A stretch of 64,000 bases of DNA from Felis catus. Lineage: Eukaryota. The position numbers were made by a program, and so were the translations under genes. A model generated the notes under the pieces. It did no database searches and was not told the DNA's origin. It worked only from the letters and a program-made list of their open reading frames with translations. Where the stretch lies: contig NC_058368.1 in the NCBI RefSeq assembly GCF_018350175.1, forward strand, positions 100,628,001 to 100,692,000, written 5' to 3'. Below, piece after piece: positions 1 to 12,520 of this stretch (positions are counted from its first letter, which is position 1; every line of letters begins with the position of its first letter).

Positions 1-792
1 GCCAAAAATACTTATGAAAACAACTGCTGTGCCAAAAATACACACATATTAAATTTAAGTTACAGAGTAACTCAGCAAGACACTTAAAGTAGAGTTTCCA
101 GTGGCTCATGGGTCTCAGATAACAGTCAGGCAGTAATGTGAGATTAGACATATTTTCTTTTCTACTTTTCCGTTCATCATTGCTCTTTTATGAGTACAAT
201 AATATGTATTTGGGGCTAGAAAAAAAGTTGGGTGATAATAAAATGAGAAAATAATGTTTGAGAACTACATTGGCTGGTCTTATACAGAGATGGTCCCCAA
301 GGCCAGCATTGCTAAGAAGACAGAAAAAAATATCCCTCAGGAGCCCCACACCAGTAAGCTATCAGGACTACTCTTGCCTTAGCCACAGAGGACCAGCTTT
401 CACTTGTGTATTCATGCCCAGAGTTCATAGCATTTTCTTGGAAGCCCTACGGCTGTGTACCCAAAGTGGCAGGAAGATAGTCAAGCAGATAATACTGACA
501 CTCCTAAAGTTGATGGTAGTTGACAAAAACCTCCCAAACATAAAGCCCTACCACCGTGCTCAGCTCTGGTCTGCAAGGAGACTCCCTCGTGAACTCTGAA
601 AGTTCCTAGGTGAAGCGAGAAGTTTAATCCTTTTGAGACTGATCAACTCAAGATTTTAACCTGCAGTTTATTAAGGGGTTATAGTGCGGGCATTCTGTAC
701 CTTGGCTCTGCAGTCCCTAGGAGATCAATAGGTAGTCTTAAGTGGGTCTAGAACCCCTGAAAACATAAGAAAAATTTTGTATGTGTGCGCAT

Positions 793-827
<35 letters not shown>
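793..827. repeat. (CA)n microsatellite
   Basis: Direct CA run. Confidence 0.95.
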
Positions 828-829
<2 letters not shown>

Positions 830-1499
830 GTGATTTTCAGTGGATTCTGAAATGAATCTATGCTCACAAAAAGTTAAGACCTATGGATCTCTAATCCCTA
901 GTATCATTCATCTTGTTTGAAAATCCTGGAAGGTCTTGGAACAGTCGTCTAGCATTCTATGCATGGATAGTTAACTGCATTCAGATGATTCCCAAAAGTC
1001 ACAGTAAAAGCTGGCACAGCCATGGTCGTAGCACAGGGATCTGTACTTGAAATACAACAGCGTGTCACGAATCGCTAAGCTAATTTCTATGGCCCTTCCG
1101 TTGTTTTTAAGATCAAGGTAGGAAAAAATAAACCCTCTGAATTTCACATCCACGTACCAAGGATGGGTATAACTTTGGTGTGAAGTGACCACCCCCCAAA
1201 CCATCCTTCGTAGAGCCGCCAGAACTACTGTCCTCAACCTAGTATCCGATCAAATAAGTTACCCTTCTTGAAACCTTGTAAGCACAGCTTTCTAACATTT
1301 ACTGTGAGAAGTCCAAACCATGGTTCAAGGTGTTCCGTGATCTGCTCCTGACATTTTTCAGCTTCATCTCCACTACCTCCGGTCTGGCACCCAGGGGTCC
1401 AGCCGGGTCAAAATGCCCGATGCATGAGGCATGAGGCTTCCACATTCTGCGACCATATACACAGCATGGCCCTCTTTCAAAGTCCCTCTGCTTCATAAA

Positions 1500-1730
1500 C
1501 TCCCTCTCATGCTTTAAGACACAGCATAGAAAGGATTCCTTGAACTCTGCCCGTAATGTGACCCATTTTCTCCCTTGTCCCTCAACTTTTAGCTGCCCCA
1601 TTAGCTTTTATCACACCGCACCATATCTGTTGGGTTGTAAGCTCCTTGAGTTCAGAAATTGTGTTATTCATCAGTTGGTCTTGATTGTCAGATACATGAT
1701 AGGTAACCAATAAGTATTTAGTCAGTTGGA
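1500..1730 (+). mobile_element. L2 LINE 3' end fragment
   Basis: tgtaagctccttgag...ttattcatc...ataggtaaccaataagtattt resembles the L2 terminus. Confidence 0.55.
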
Positions 1731-3329
1731 TATTCTGTGGGTGTGGGCAAATGAGAGACCCATGCCAAGGGCCTATGTAGCATGGGAGTGAATAGGTGGC
1801 TCAAGTGATTGCCTTACATCAAAACCACGACCTCTGATTCTGAAAGATGTTTGCATTCCACTGGAGCTGTATGATCCTCCCCCCGACCTGCTCTTGCATG
1901 AGATGATGGACATGGGACAGTAAGGAGGCAGGGCACTTGGGTGGGTGTCTGCACTGTGAACAGATACACCTTTGCAGCGACCTACAGCCACAGAGCCTGG
2001 TCTTCAGGGAACTTCCTTTAGTGTACTTGGGAAGGACATGGTCCTTTTCTCATTCTCTGATACATACTTTCGCCTCTCTTCCCCATCTTAGCAAGCATTG
2101 GCTTTGACTCCAATAAAGTTCAAGAACTGGAAGAAAGGATTAAAAAGAGAAGCTCAAAAGTTCTTTCTTGACGGTCCCATGATGAGATGGCTTTGTGGTC
2201 TCAGAATATGTGCCTAACATGTATTTAAAATATGACCTTTATTCTCTTGGGCACTTTCACAACTTCTGAGGTCCCCCTGGAGAGCATGTGATGTGATGAC
2301 ACCTCCAGCTACTGCTCTGCCTCAGGCCCATTTTTTCAGCATCTCACTCCCTGAATACCCCTGGGACCCCAATGCTTTCTCAGGCAGTCTTCTTGAACAA
2401 GATGTAGAGGAGCTTTAGTCCAGCTTTCTCTCTACCTGGCCTCTCTCTGGTCCAGAAGTAAGCTCAGCCATTCTTGCTGCCTGCCATTGGTGAGCATGTG
2501 CCTAGTTCCCCTCTGTTTCTGCCTGAAACAGAGTCAGGCATGGATTTTGCCCTCAGATTCCTCAAGCTTGGGTCAGACAGCACTCCACCGTGCCCTCCCA
2601 ACTCCTAAAGACATATCGTGAGCTCTCTGGGGGCTTCTGTAAGCCCCTCTCACAAAAGTGAAGGTAAGAGGCAATCTACATGCTTCCTCTTTGAAGTGAA
2701 ACTCGGAATCTCAGCACAGCCCCTCTGGATCTTCAATCTTCCTCTCCTTCTCAGACCCTCCTCTGGAAGGCAGCATCTGTTATATCTTGGTATTTATTAT
2801 ACATTCCCATTTCACATCTTATTATGGTAAGAACCTCAGGGTTGCTGTGAGAAATTCCTAACATAATCCAGATAGAGCACAGTATTTTTCAAACCCTTGT
2901 AGGAGTAACCATGGTGTTCTCAGTGCTGACACAAAGACTTTTACTTTGAAATATAGACCTGTTTAAACACCTGTCCTTTTTAGCTTTTTTTTTTTGTTGT
3001 TGTTGTTACATATTTTTTTTTCCTTTAGGGAAAGATTCTTTTCTGGTATTGATGAAAGAAGATGACTTGCTAACTTATAAAAGACACTGTTCCATTTCAG
3101 ACTTTCAGCTGTCAATTGAGAAGTGTTGACGTTAGGATCCTTTTGCATTTTCCTTCACATTCACTGAGGTGAAATGAATCAAGTTTCCACTTCCAATCCA
3201 AGTTTCCATTGGAGGTGGTGGTTCTTCATTTCTTATTTATCTACCTCCTGAAGGGTCAGTTTTGTCTTCTGACAGGAAAATTCCTTCCTTCTGATTAGTG
3301 CATATGGTCCACCTTTCAATGCTTATGTG

Positions 3330-3433
3330 GGGGCACCTGGTTGGCTCAGTTGGTGAAGCATGTGAATCTTGATCTCTGGGTTGTGAGTTCAAGCCCCACG
3401 TTGGGTGTAGAGATTATTTAAAAATAAAATCTT
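3330..3433 (+). mobile_element. Short older carnivore SINE (SINEC_old-like)
   Basis: ggggcacctggttggctcag...gttcaagccccacgttgggtgtagagatta plus A-rich tail. Confidence 0.9.
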
Positions 3434-5271
3434 GAACACTGATGTTTACATTTGTGAGCACCCAAACATTTTAGAAGAGGTGACATTCATTCTACTTATA
3501 TGTCTAGCGAGACTTTAGTCTGACCCCACAAATTCAGAATTCAGCCTAAATCAATATTCACATAGACTAGAAGGTGGAGTTTGTGACAGTGTAGCAGAGA
3601 AGCTTCTTTGCTAAAAGAACATAGGAATTCTACATAGAGTCGAACAGAAAACGTTTTCTTTGTAAACATCTAAGGTTATATAAAAAGGGGAATATAGTAT
3701 ACTAGAAATGAAAAAGGAATACAGTGATTTTCACAGATGCTGTGGAGGCCAGGGGAGCATATCAGGCAGAAGAGGACCCTAGTGGGGCCTAAGGGTTGGA
3801 GGCTCAGGGAACAAGTTAGAGTTTTAACAACCACAAAAGGCCAGTAGAGATGGTCTGCTGTGCACGTAGAGCAGATAGCTGGTAATGAGATCTCCACTCT
3901 TGGCAAACGTGCATGGAACATTTACTAATATTGACCATATGTTAGCCCATTAAACAACTCTCAGTGAATTTCAGAGTATTACAATCTTACAGAATACGTT
4001 GTCTGAACCCAGGAGAATTAAGGTAGAAATGTGTAACCGAAAACCAACTATGGAATCCCCATACATTTTAATAATAAGAAAAATAACTTCTAAATTAGCA
4101 ATTCAAAGAGGAAATTACAAGGGAAATGAGATGATATTTTTAAATGAATGTTAATAAAACATTACCTATCAAAATTTATAGATGCAGCAAACACATTGCA
4201 TAGAAATGCTTTTAATTTAGAATATCAAAAATACCAGAAAACTGGAAAGTCTAACAATCAAATAGCTAAGGACTCTTCTCAAGAAGTTAGAAAAAGAGCA
4301 GGAAATTAAACCCAAATGCAGGAAGAAGGAAGAAAATAATAAAGACAAGTAAATAAATAAAACATAAAACAAATATACAGTAGAGGGAATTATCAAAACC
4401 AAGTCAGTTCTTTGAAAGGACATGAAATTCAAAATAATCCTATCAGAACTATCAAAAAAATGAGAGAAATGCATAACCAGAGTCAAGGATGAAAAGGGAA
4501 ACATTATTACGTATACTGCAGATATTGTAAAAATTATAAGTAGATAGCATATGCTTTGATATGTGATGAGAATGATATTTCACTTCTCTCCAAAAAACAT
4601 AACTACAGTTTAACCATGAGAAAAACATTAGATAATCCAAACTGGAGGATATTCTACGTAATACCTGACCAGTACTCTTCAAAATGGTCGAGGTCATAAA
4701 AACAAGGAAAGTCAAAGGATGTGGAGTATGACAGCTAAAGGTAATATGATACCCTGGATGAGATCCTAGAACGGAAAAAAAGACTTCAGGGAAAAACTGA
4801 TGAAATCCAAATCAAACACGGAGTTTAGTTAATTAAATGTATCAATATTGGTTCCTTAGTTGTGACAAATGTGCCATAATAACATACAATGTTAGTAATA
4901 GGGGAAATTGAGTGTGAAATATTATGGGTAATCTTTGTCCTATCTTTGCAACTTTTTTGTAGATCCAAAAATATTCTAAAATTAAAATTATATTTAAGAA
5001 AAATTACAAAGGGCTACTATAAACTATATAATGCCACTAAATTACAAATTTAGATGAAATGGACAAATTCCTGGAAATGCATAACTTATAGATACTCACA
5101 TAAGGAGAATTAGAATATATGAACAGTCCTATAAATATTTAAAATTAGGTTTGTAATTTAAAACCTTCATAGCAAAACTTTGGGCCTGAGAACTGTACCA
5201 AATATTTAAGAAAGAAACAATGCCATTCTTGCACAAACTCTTCTAGAGAATTAAAACAGATGGAATACTTT

Positions 5272-5492
5272 CTTTTTTCTTTTAAATTTTTTAATGAGTC
5301 TTCATTTTTGAGAGACAGAGAGATACAGAGAATGAGCAGGGGGAAGGGCAGAGAGAAAGACACAGAATCCGAAGCAGGCTCCAGGGTCTGAGCTGTCAGC
5401 ACACAGCCTGATGTGGGGCTTGAACCATGAACTGTGAGATCATGACCTGAGCCAAAGTCAGACGTCTAACCGACAGAGCCACCCAGGCGCCC
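5272..5492 (-). mobile_element. SINEC (felid Fc2-type)
   Basis: Reverse-complement SINEC body ending gagccacccaggcgcccc. Confidence 0.95.
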
Positions 5493-5709
5493 TTAGAGGG
5501 AGTGCTTTCTAACTCATTTTTATTCTATAAAACTTGACAAGAACATTACAAGAAAGGATCATTGTAAGTCCATCTTAGTAGTAACAGACACAAAAATCTT
5601 AAACAAGAGCCCAGCAAACTGAATCCAGTGATATATAAAAAGGTTAATCCAACACAACAAAATTAAGTTTATTTCAGTAACGCAAAATTGGTTTAAAATT
5701 TGAAAATCA

Positions 5710-5822
5710 GGGGCGCCTGATTTCATTTGGTGGAGTGTGCAACTCTTGATCTCAAGGTTGTGAGTTCAAGCCCTACGTTGGGTGTAAAAACAAAATCTTT
5801 AAAAAAGATTAAAAAATGAAAT
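5710..5822 (+). mobile_element. Short older SINEC
   Basis: ggggcgcctg...gttcaagccctacgttgggtgta; flanked by aaaatttg(a/g)aaatca TSD. Confidence 0.85.
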
Positions 5823-6244
5823 AAAATTTGGAAATCAATCCGTGTAATTCATCATATTGATAAAATAAAAGAGACAAATAATGGAAGCATCTCAACAGAT
5901 ACAGAAAAGCCCTTATTTATGATAAAATAGATAAGCTAGAAATAGAAGAGAACTTCCTTAATCAAACATAATTATAAATATAAAAATAAGAAAACTATAG
6001 ATAAAATATTCGAATTGAGAAGTAGGTTTACAAGGTCACTGGATACAAGCGCAATATACAAAGTGGAAGTGTATTCACACAGACCAGGAACAAACTGTTA
6101 GAATTTTTTTTTTAATTGTAAGATACCATATATACTAACACCAAAAATTCCTAGATACCTGGAAATAGACATATCGAAAGAAGATATAAAAATACTGTGC
6201 ACAGAAAACTATAAAATATTACTGAAGCAAATTAAAGGAAACTT

Positions 6245-6640
6245 CTGGAATCTGTGTGGAGTTAATTTCACTAGCATGGGAGGTAAACATTTAACTTAAT
6301 TTTTTTTCCAATTAGTGTAGCATATGTTTTCAGCACATTTCCTAAAAATTCCTTTGCTGATTTGCAACATCACATTTCTCATACACCAAAATTTTATTTA
6401 TTTCTGGGGCAGTTTCTGGGCTTGTTCTGTTGATTAGTCTAATCCTGGATTAATCGTAAATATTTAAATATGATAACCTCATAATAGACTTCATGATTCA
6501 GTCAAGCAGTTCCATCATTGCTGCATTTTTCTAATTCCTTGGCCATTTCTGTGTCCTTACTTTTGGAGATGAGGGTTGGAATATCTTTGTTGGTTCTTCT
6601 GAAAATACCAATAAGAATTTGCACTGAAATTGCAAAAAAT
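6245..6640 (-). mobile_element. Old L1 ORF2 fragment, antisense
   Basis: Reverse complement resembles the C-terminal part of L1 ORF2; highly diverged. Confidence 0.55.
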
Positions 6641-6939
6641 AAATACAATTTTAAAAAATAAAAAAATAAATAGATACTTAAAATTTTTTTTTTAATTTTA
6701 AAATTAAAAAATAAAAATAAAAGAAATAAGACAATCTATTGGTTATCCAGAAGAGGGGAGGAATTAAAGCCTGTTTATGATACTGACTTTTCCCACCACC
6801 CAGTAATACATAGTATATAACTCACTATTCTTGGCAACCCCGTGGTAAAACGTGTTACTACCCATGATAACACATGAACTTGAAATTGCCAAATCTTTCT
6901 TTGCGATAAGAATGTTTCTTAATTCATGGAAGATTTTGT

Positions 6940-7135
6940 TTTAGAATGTCCTAGTTTCAAATCACAGCTCCATCTTTTTCTAGCCAGGTAACTATGGAAG
7001 GTAGAATTAATCTCTCTGAACTTCAATTTCTTCCTAGAAAATCCTTTTTCTAAGGTTTCTCTGAGACTTGAAAGAGACTCTATATAAAGTACTTAGCACA
7101 TTGCCGGGCACATGGTTCACATTCAGGTTGTACTA
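6940..7135 (+). mobile_element. MIR SINE
   Basis: cctagtttcaaatcacagctcc...ttaatctctctgaacttcaatttc...taaagtacttagcaca. Confidence 0.75.
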
Positions 7136-7242
7136 GTATGATAGAGCCCCTCCCTAAGGAAAGTGGTGAAAACCTCAGGACAAGAGAAGGCAATCTGGCT
7201 ATTGCATGTATGTGACCTTCCTCACGACCTTCCTCACGACCC

Positions 7243-7323
7243 TGTAACATAGACTGCCCATTCAGACTGTATATTACCATATATGGGAGACCAAGGAGCA
7301 AAAATTGTACAAAAGACAACACA

Positions 7324-7371
<48 letters not shown>

Positions 7372-7512
7372 GCTGCACTTGGGGCTCAGCCTTTTGGGGT
7401 CTTAGCCCATTGAGCCCGTGCCGGCACAAATAAAGCTCTTTCCTGGTAAGAAAATCCTCGGTGTCCGCCTCTCTACTCTCTACACACTCTCTGTGTGTAA
7501 CTGTCCTCTACG
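7243..7512 (+). mobile_element. ERV1-like LTR (partial or solo) containing a (CA)n tract
   Basis: ggggctcagccttttgggg...aataaagctctttcctgg resembles a gammaretroviral R/U5 region; 5' boundary uncertain. Confidence 0.6.
7331..7368. repeat. (CA)n microsatellite
   Basis: Direct CA run. Confidence 0.95.
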
Positions 7513-7613
7513 CTTGTCGTCATTTGGTTGCTGTTGTTGCTTTTATTCTCCATAGCACCTGGTTCAACTTCTTCTGCATGAAGGCACTCAATAAATATTG
7601 GCCAAATGGATGT

Positions 7614-8053
7614 TGTTAGAAAGAAAACCATGGGCCCAAAATGGCATCCCTTAGGCCAAGTCTCCAAAGGAGTTTAATATCTAATCTAGATGCAGTTTTA
7701 ACCTCCCCCAGAAATGTAGTCTTAAGTCAAGTCAGGAATTTTCTGATAAGCACCAGTGAGGTCACCTATCCCATGGGCTCTTCCCATCCCCCAAAGGAAG
7801 ATGAGGTCATCTGCATGATAAGCCCCCCTGCTCTCCCCACTCACCCCAAGGGAAGGTGACCTTGCTGGGAACAATCCTTTTCTTTTGCTAATAATCTTCT
7901 TGCCCTGCCCTCCTTCCTGTTAAAAACTTCCATTTTGTACAACTCCTTGGAGCTCCCCTCTCCTTGATAGATGGGATGTGGTGTGATTCATCAATTGTTT
8001 CCTAAAGCCAGTCACATCTCTAAATTCACTCAGTTGCATTTTGTTTCTTAACA
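7614..8053 (+). mobile_element. Solo LTR, ERV1 class (MER34/MER39-like)
   Basis: Starts TGTTAG, ends TTAACA; degenerate TATA (cctgttaaaaac) and polyA-like (cctaaagcc) positions typical of this group. Confidence 0.75.
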
Positions 8054-8332
8054 GTGCATACGCATGCGTTTTGACCAGTGACATTTGAAATGAGGAATTA
8101 AAATTCTCTTTAATCCACCTGTGATTTTATAGAAATAATGCAGGAAGTGAACCATGCGCTTTCTCCATAGCCTGAAGGAAAATGCACTACAACTTGGCCT
8201 TCTCTTCCCCGGGTGGTACTTCCAGACATGTAAGTAGGGCTCAAGGGTGGCAACAATAAATTCTTAGCCTAAAAAAAAACTGAAAAAAAAAAAAATACTG
8301 CACACAGTATTAAAAAGGGGAGGGAAGGAGGA

Positions 8333-8447
8333 GGAAGTCCCTGGCTGGCTAAGTCAGTGGAGCACACAGCTCTTGATCTCAGGGTTGTGAGTTCTAGTCC
8401 CATGTAGGGTGTAGAGATTACTTCAAAATAAAATCTCTTTTTAAAAA
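8333..8447 (+). mobile_element. Short older SINEC
   Basis: cctggctggctaagtcagtggagc...gggtgtagagattac. Confidence 0.85.
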
Positions 8448-8499
8448 AGTCCCGTTACTTTTTCTAAAACAAACTTCCATAAAAAAAAGTTTAGAGAGA

Positions 8500-8700
8500 G
8501 GGGCGTCTGGGTGGCTCAGTGGGTAAAGCGTTTGACTCTCAGTTTGACTCTTGATTTCAGCTCAGGTCATGATCTCACCTTTCCTGAGTTCAAGCCCGGC
8601 ATTGGGCTCTGCTGTCACAGCAAGGAGCCTGTTTCAGATCTTCTATCTCCTTCTCTGCCCCTCCCCAGCTTACTCTCTCTCTCTTTCAAAAATAAATAAA
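8500..8700 (+). mobile_element. SINEC
   Basis: Full body with CT tract and aaaataaataaa tail. Confidence 0.95.
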
Positions 8701-8705
8701 TGCCT

Positions 8706-8912
8706 GGGCGCCTGGGTGGCTCAGTCGGTTGAACGTCCGACTTCGGCTCAGGTCATGATCTTGCAGTCTGTGAGTTTGAGCCCCGTGTCGAACTCCATGT
8801 TGACAGCTCTGAGTCTGCTCTCTCTCTCTCTCTCTCTCTCTCTGTGCCCCCTCTGCTCATGCTCTCTCTCTCAAAATAAATAAGCAAACTTTAAAAAATT
8901 AAAAATTAAAAA
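8706..8912 (+). mobile_element. SINEC inserted in the tail of the previous SINE
   Basis: gggcgcctgggtggctcagtcgg immediately follows the previous tail. Confidence 0.95.
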
Positions 8913-8919
8913 ATATGTG

Positions 8920-9012
8920 AAAATATAAAAACTATTCTTGGCCTTTGGTCTATACAAAAACATGCCAGAGGCTGGATTTGACCTGTGGGTCATAGTTTGC
9001 CTACCGGTGATC
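8920..9012 (+). mobile_element. MER58-like hAT DNA transposon end
   Basis: aaaactattctt...ggctggatttgacctgtgggtcatagtttgcc. Confidence 0.65.
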
Positions 9013-9052
9013 TAAAGGCAGGGTAATATGGTAACTAAAAGGAGGATCTGTA

Positions 9053-9297
9053 GAGCACCTGGGTCACTCAGTTGGTTAAGCATCCGACTTCAGCTCAGGT
9101 CATGATCTCTCACTATGTGGTTTCAAGCCCCACGTCGGGCTCTGTGTTGACAGCTCAGAGCCTGGATCCTGCTTCGGATTCTGTGTGCCCCTCTCTCGCT
9201 GCCCCTCCCCTGCTCGTGCTCTGTCTCTCTCTCTGTCAAAAATAAATAAACATTAAAAAAAATGTTTTTTTAATAAATAAACGCCAAAAAAAAAAAA
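9053..9297 (+). mobile_element. SINEC
   Basis: Full SINEC body and A tail. Confidence 0.95.
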
Positions 9298-11041
9298 GGT
9301 TGGGGGGAGGAAGTTTAGAGGGAAATAGATCTTATTTGGCCTATCTTGGAGATAAAAAATTCACTTATTTCAAAAACTGACTAAGACTTACCGGAGAGAG
9401 TCATTTATTTTTGCCTGCAAGCCAGTCTTGAGGACTTAGCTGTTACCACAGACAGAAAGCTCAGACCCTGAAAAATATATGACGATCTGAGGAGGTTCAA
9501 GTGAGAGCAATGCGGTCATGAACGGGGGGCTTTGCTAGCCCTAATTCCCTGGGCTCCTAACCGAGCAGGCTTCTCGCAGGCTTCTCGCATCCTGAGCATC
9601 CTGAGCGAGCAGAGACCCGTATCTTCACATTAGGCGCCAGGCGGTAACACCACCCCCAACAGAAAACCCTCGGGTTCATTCTGTATTCAAGGTGGGCTGC
9701 TATGGAACAATTTGTTTCACAACCAAAAGTTGACAGAACAAATCCAAGACATTTCTGTGTACATGTTTACATGTGCTGCGATTGGCATCCACGGTGGGTC
9801 TGAAGGTGTGCCTGAAGTCCCTTATGCTTTTTGTAACATTTTCAAATTCATTGCTGTCTTCCAGATGACAGGAAATTCAGGTCTGCCTTCCTCCTGGGAG
9901 ATCTTTATTCACAGACAAGTCAAAAACCCTTGACAAAAGGCAACCAGGGGAACTTGTTGACCTTTTAGCTGTCTGGCTAACATCAGTGCAAGTATTGTTC
10001 CCTGATAAAACAAGAAATTCAATTTAAGGGGAAATTTAGAAGGCATTTGAGGGCTCTCATTTTAGTTTACCTCTTGGGCTGTCTTTCAAACGGACCACAA
10101 ATGTAAATAAACAGGAGCTGCCTTTCTCATTCCACGGAGCCAATAACAAATATCTGACCTCACAGCTTGATGTAAATGAGACATTGTCTTTTTTCTGATT
10201 TCTTTCTCCCTTCGGCCATTTGTTGAATTTTTTCTCACCCTTTCCCTCTCTCTCTCTAACGCGCACGCACACGCACACTAATTATTCACAAGCTAAAGCT
10301 TCATTTCTTTGGCTAGATCCTTTCTTTTCTTGCTACCATATTATTTGTTACAGCTTGAAAAGCTCTATTCTTTAAAAACGAAAAGAAAAAAAAAGAAACA
10401 AATCACATCCCAACAATGCACTCTCAAATATTCATTGCTTGTGTGATGTGTCCGCAAGGAAGATTTAGCTACTCTTTTCCTTACATGGTGGCTTATTTAG
10501 TTTGTAATCATTTTTATTTTACCAGACATTGTATAAGCAAAATATGCTTCTCGATTAGAATTGATGAAACATCCATTCATCCAACGATTATTAAGTGTCA
10601 GGCACTGTGCTACAGGTATAAAGTCCAGTAAGACAGAGGTGCTAAAATGCATGAATTGCACTCGTAACTATAAAAGGAAACTCCCCTACATGAAGCACTC
10701 ACAGAGTATTCAATTTCTGCTTAATAGCGTCTCATATTCCCATAATTTCTACAGAGACTTCACATTTGCACCAGTCCAGCTATACTCAGCACTTTGAAGT
10801 AATCTAATAGTTCCATGTGCTATGGGGGTGCCTTGAAAGACAGTGGAAGAAAGAGGAAAAAGAAGTCATTTTTAGGTCTATCAAATCTTACTTTATGAAA
10901 GTAGGTTTGAAATGCTTGCATGACAGAGTACAGCAAAGCATCATAATGGGGGAGAATCTGAGAGTCTCTGGAAGTCTCTAGAAGGGTCAGTTACTAAAAG
11001 GGGCTGTGCTCTGAGTGCCTGCCTTAAAAGATATCTACCTT

Positions 11042-11252
11042 GGGGCGCCTAGATGACTTAGTTAAGCCTCCGACTCTTGGTTTGGGCTCAGGTCATGATC
11101 TCTGGGTTCGTGAGTTCCAGCCCAGCGTCGGGCTCTGTGCTGGCAGTGCAAAGCCTGCTTGGGATTCTCTGTCTCCCTCCGTCTCTGCCCCTGCCCTGCT
11201 CTCTCTCTGTCCCTCTCAAAAATAAATAAATTGACATAAAAAAAAAAAAAAA
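11042..11252 (+). mobile_element. SINEC
   Basis: Full body; TSD-like aaaagat(a/t)tct flanks. Confidence 0.95.
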
Positions 11253-11338
11253 GATTTCTCCCTTTCTTCAGCACAAACACTGATGGTGGAAGAGGGAGAT
11301 TTACTTTACCTTCTTTCTTTTATTTTTCTTTGTGTTTT

Positions 11339-11555
11339 TAAGATTTTATTTTTAAGTAATCTCCGTACCCAACATGGGGCTCAAACTCATGACCCCAAGA
11401 TGAAGAGTCACATGTTCTACCGACTGAGTCAGGCAGGCACCCCAACTTCTTCCCTTTACCTTTTTTTTTTCAAGTTAATTTTTGAGAGAGAGACTGAGAG
11501 AGCAAGTTGGGGAGGGGCCTAGAGAGAGGGAGAGAGAGAATCCCAAGCAGGCCCC
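11339..11555 (-). mobile_element. Short older SINEC (11339-11443) plus partial SINEC (11461-11555)
   Basis: Reverse-complement SINE motifs. Confidence 0.85.
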
Positions 11556-11858
11556 GTGAGTTCCAGCACCCCCAACTCCCCTCCGTGAGGGGGCATGTTA
11601 CAACATGCATTGAACACCAATTTTTTTTTCATTTTATCCTATTTGATTTTTTAATTTCTGGTTTTAAGCCATTATGTTGATTTCAAGACCCACTGGCACA
11701 CCATCTGTGCTATAAAAAACAATCTTCACCTATCCATCTACTCACCTACCTCCCAACACACGCACACGCACACCCCTAGCTTGCTCTGTACAGGTTTGAG
11801 ACTGCTGATAGATACTAAGTCCGTGGAACAGAGGGAAGCTGTATGACATAACCAGTGA

Positions 11859-12300
11859 GGGGCACCTGGGTGGCTCAGTCGGTTTCAGAGTCCAACTTTG
11901 AATCAGGTCATTATCTCATGGTTCATGAGTTCAAGCCCCGCATTGGACTGACTGCTGTCAGCGCAGAGCCCGCTTCAGATTTTTTTTGTGTGTGTGATTT
12001 TTTTTAACGTTTATTTATTTTTGAGAGAGACAGAGACGGAGTGCAAGCAGGGGAGGAACAGAGAGAGAGGGAGACACAGAATCCAAAGCAGGCTGCAGGC
12101 TCCAAGCAGTCAGCACAGAGCCCGATGCGGAGCTCGAACTCACGAACAGTGAGATCGTGACCTGAGCCAAGTCGAATGCTCAACCGACTGAGCCACCCAG
12201 GCGCCCCCCACTTCAGATCTTCTGTCCCCTCTTTCTGCCCCTTCCCTGCTTGCACTCTCTCTCTCTCAAAAGTAAATAAATCTTTAAAAGAAAAAAGAAA
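11859..12300 (+). mobile_element. SINEC split by an antisense SINEC
   Basis: Body resumes after the insert; TSD ccc(g/a)cttcagat. Confidence 0.9.
11980..12208 (-). mobile_element. Nested SINEC
   Basis: Complete antisense copy inside the 11859 element. Confidence 0.95.
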
Positions 12301-12301
12301 A

Positions 12302-12520
12302 GGGAGCACCTGGGTAGCTCAGTCGGTTAAGGGTCCGATTTCCGCCCAGGTCATGATCTCACCATTCATGAGTTCAAGCCCCATTTTGGGCTCTGTGCTG
12401 ACAGCTCAGAGCCTGGAGCCGGCTTCGGATTCTGTCTCTCCCTGCCCCTCCCCCACTCCCCCACTTGCACTCTGTCTCTGTCTCTCCCCAAAATGAATAA
12501 ACATTAACAATTTTTTAAAC
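12302..12520 (+). mobile_element. SINEC
   Basis: Full body following the previous A tail. Confidence 0.95.

Larger units (their letters stand above)
3885..6240 (+). mobile_element. Degraded L1 (L1M-type) ORF2 region, interrupted by another L1 3' end (~4550-5000) and two SINEs
   Basis: A-rich L1 ORF2 motifs (acctatcaaaatttatagatgcagc, ttagatgaaatggacaaattcctggaaa, caaactgaatccag, aatcaatccgtgtaattcatcatatt); many frameshifts. Confidence 0.85.

Noticed and set aside
258..599. 113-aa ORF (likewise 61671-62045, 124 aa)
   Set aside because: Non-ATG start, no recognisable domain and no supporting splice architecture.
6240..6640. Twin-priming inversion of the 3.9-6.2 kb L1
   Set aside because: The antisense part looks more diverged than the sense part and no TSD was found; probably a separate older L1.
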